Of a stretch of DNA of 64,000 nucleotides, positions 60,065-64,000 are shown one piece after another. Position numbers and translations under genes: made by a program. The DNA comes from Chrysomallon squamiferum (lineage: Eukaryota > Animalia > Mollusca): NCBI GenBank assembly GCA_012295275.1, contig CM022679.1, positions 30,504,001 through 30,568,000 of the forward strand. The letters run 5' to 3'. A model generated the notes under the pieces. That model did not search any database, was not told the DNA's origin, and saw only the letters and a list, made by a program, of their open reading frames with translations. The number at the start of each line of letters is the position of its first letter. Position 1 is the first letter of the stretch.

Positions 60065-60831
60065 TAATAATAATAATAATAATAGTAATAATGATGATGA
60101 TAACAGATGAAGTTCGTAATAATAATAATAATAATAACAACATCATCATCATCATCATCATCATCACCATCAGCAATGTGTTAAACAGACCTATTCATGA
60201 CCAAGGTTTTAGATTTTAGGAAAATTCCTCGAGATACTATTTATAAAATAATTCGTATACAAAACAGCTTATATTCTAATTGAAATTTTAAGGACAAAGG
60301 CTGCTATGGATAAACACATCTATGTCAACATCGTTGTTGTCTTCGTTCTCTGAATCATCTAAACTATTCTTTTATCGTCATCACCGGCATCGTCAAATCT
60401 CAAACCTATTAAATTTTGTCGTGTTTAAAATAGTAATCCAGAATAGTGCTATTCTTTAATGTTTTCATTTTGTCTGTGATATGTTAATACAGAGAAGGTG
60501 TGCAGAAGAAGAAATTGAAAAAAAATATATAGGAAAGTGGATACAAAATTATGACTATTTGTTCACATAATATATATATGTTTACTTTTTTTGTTGTTTG
60601 TTTTCTGATGTTATCATAAAAGTCAGGTCATACTGAAACGTCATTCAAGTAGCCTCGTTCTGATGCTGTGTTTACATATTCATATTTATTTCTCTCTGTC
60701 TTTTTTTTTTAGAATTAATCTCCACTTGCAGATCAAATACCGATGACAACAGGCTACCGAGTCCAATCTTAGGTATTCATGTTTGCAGTATTCCTGATGA
60801 ATCTCTCTGTCTGTCTATCTGTCTTTCCGTA

Positions 60832-60890
<59 letters not shown>

Positions 60891-61557
60891 GTACGTATGT
60901 GTGTTTGTGTGTGTGTATGTATGTATGTGTGTATATGTGTGTGTGTACGTGTGTATGTGTGTGTGTGTGTATATATATATATCATGTCCCTGTCACAACA
61001 CTTTGTCTAACGCAGCTGGTAAAAACAAAAATCGAGCAAAATTACAAATAAAAGGCAACAGCTTCAGTTAGATCATTCAATGATCATTTTATAAAATATT
61101 GGATCAGATGATTATTTTTATTTTTTTTAAAATTTGTTATTGTTGTATATTTTTTAAAGTTCTGTTAAATGAAGATCACATATGTTCATACCTAAAAGAG
61201 AAAATATTTGTTGTTAGCATCACCACATTTATTTAAAAGAAATAAAGTAGAAATGCAATTTATGTGACTTTTACATCACTAAATCATTTAAGTAAAATGG
61301 TTACTACATTTATTATTATTATTATTAGTAGTAGTAGTAGTAGCAGTAGCTGTAGTAGTAGTAGGAGTCATAGTAGTAGCTGTAGCAGTATTTCTATTCT
61401 TCTTCTTCTTCTTATTATTATTATTATTATCACTATTTTGTTGTTGTTACTGATAATGTTCTTCGTCTATTCAAATAATTTAACAAATTTATTTACCACG
61501 CACATCTTGCTACACTCGACTACGGTTCTAAAAATATAAAATATATGTAAAATAATT

Positions 61558-61600
<43 letters not shown>

Positions 61601-61728
61601 TCATTTTCATATTCATGCATACATGCACAAAGTGTAAATTACAGGTAATAAAATATAAAACAAACAAACAAATAAACAATTAACAAATAGACAAATAAAA
61701 CAGACAAACAAACAAACAAACAAACAAA

Positions 61729-61759
<31 letters not shown>

Positions 61760-61893
61760 AAAGACTCACTTAACCACATCGGGATTAGCGTATCTTGAAG
61801 TAAAAATCAAAATTAAATTTAAGAAAGAAAATATCAGAAAAAATAAACAAACGAGGATTTGATACTTAATGTGTCCTTATATCAGATACGGTA

Positions 61894-61955
<62 letters not shown>

Positions 61956-62085
61956 TGATAGACGTACTAGTATCAGTAGTAATACTACTAATAATAATTG
62001 TTATGACAATAGTAATAATAACAATGAGTATAATAGCATAAGTACTAGTAGTAATTGTAATAGTAATAGTAATAATAATATTAAT

Positions 62086-62119
<34 letters not shown>

Positions 62120-63240
62120 CAACTGGATGATGTAGAATGTTTGTTAAAATCGGCTGTGGATCAGTTGTAGATTATAAACAACACAGGACAATATGTACTG
62201 AATGCAGCTGGATTACAGGTGGATTACATATGGATTACAGGTGGATTACAGGTAGATTACAGGTGCTGTTCTGCAGGCTTTGTGGGAGATTTACTGATCT
62301 TCAGGTGAACCGTAGATTTATGTACTTTTTCATTGCCGTATAGGTGAGTGATTGGCTGCAGCAGATATTTGATGTCACGTAGGTGATGGGCACGTGGTTG
62401 TACACGTTGTGTAGGTGCCCTGGGTGTAAAATCTAGGTGCCACGAAGGTGAATTATTGACAGATTTAGTGTGTGTTTTAGATGAAGTGCTGACTATGTGA
62501 TTAAAATGTACTTACCCGCTGTTCCGTGTTACATTATTTAAAAAAAAAAAAAAAATAATAATAAAATAAATCATAATAATAAATTTTTCAGAAGAAATTC
62601 TGCTTCAGTGGAGCAAAATTTAACTATTTTAAAAAGTTAAGAATAACTGTAATAATAATTTATTTAATGATTTTATATACATACATATATATATATATAT
62701 ATATAAGACAACGGGTATGTAATGTATGAAATCGATCACGGCCTTAGATTAACGCGTATACTATACAAATATAGATAGATAGATAGACAGATAGATAGAT
62801 AGATAGACACATACATACATTTATACATAATTAAATACGTACAAACATACAAAATACACACAAACATATACGTTTTTTTTTTCTAAATTAACAAAATTAT
62901 ACATATGAACCTGAAAATATAAAATTGCTCAAAATTTTGCATACCCCTTAAGTGTTTTGATTCTTGTATCCCTAAGAAGAGAAGAAATAAACAAACATTA
63001 TTAAACAAAAGCAAATGAAAATTATTAACGCCGAACGTTTCATAAAACAGGATACCAAATCACAACGAATGTCAGTAAAATCCGAATATGTATTTGTTAA
63101 TATTTGTACTGGTGAAAAAAAAAAAATCTATATATTAAAAAGATCAAATGTAGCTCACATATCAACAAGCTTTACTTCGTAGGTGTGACTGAATAAACTT
63201 GATAAATAAACGAATCGCTAAATAAATAAGTAAATAAATA

Positions 63241-63712
<472 letters not shown>

Positions 63713-64000
63713 ATCAAAGCTATCTGCACACTGTAAAAGAGAATGAATGATTATTTACTGACATGCACGCCTTGTAACACTCATGGTTTATGTGGTATCG
63801 TGAACACGTTGCATTCATAGCGAACATCAGAAAACACAGGAGTAACATCGTGCCACGTGACATCATCTGAAATTGATGTTATGACACTGATTACCGTCTC
63901 GTGTTGCTATTAACATGTGGTTTCTGTAAATCTCAGAAATGGACCGGGTTTTGCAGTGACAAGCTGCATCCTGCCTTTCGACTTCAGCAGCATAAAACTG

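Noticed and set aside
63910-64000. GC-richer open stretch at the window end, possibly an exon
   Set aside because: Truncated, strand and frame ambiguous, and no recognisable motif.

Overview
AT-rich, microsatellite-laden animal genomic DNA. It looks invertebrate and possibly molluscan, but that is inference only. The only long real ORF is an intronless iduronate-2-sulfatase-like gene (2508-4013, +); almost every other ORF in the track is a simple-repeat artefact. The ORF track misses the main feature, a cluster of micro-exon genes for small secreted Cys-rich peptides, which I assembled by hand from splice signals. A tandem array of six units (about 13.4-59 kb) holds five intact genes of 66-69 aa and one unit whose coding exons are deleted. 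Each gene has a near-invariant signal peptide, a CxxxC-(27-28 aa)-CxxxC frame and a hypervariable loop encoded by 21-24 nt phase-2 micro-exons. A more divergent head-to-head pair of the same design (MEACRL... type) lies at about 5-13 kb. Shared Tigger/pogo-like transposon relics, SINE fragments and deletion junctions record how the array was built. All gene models are unvalidated by transcripts.
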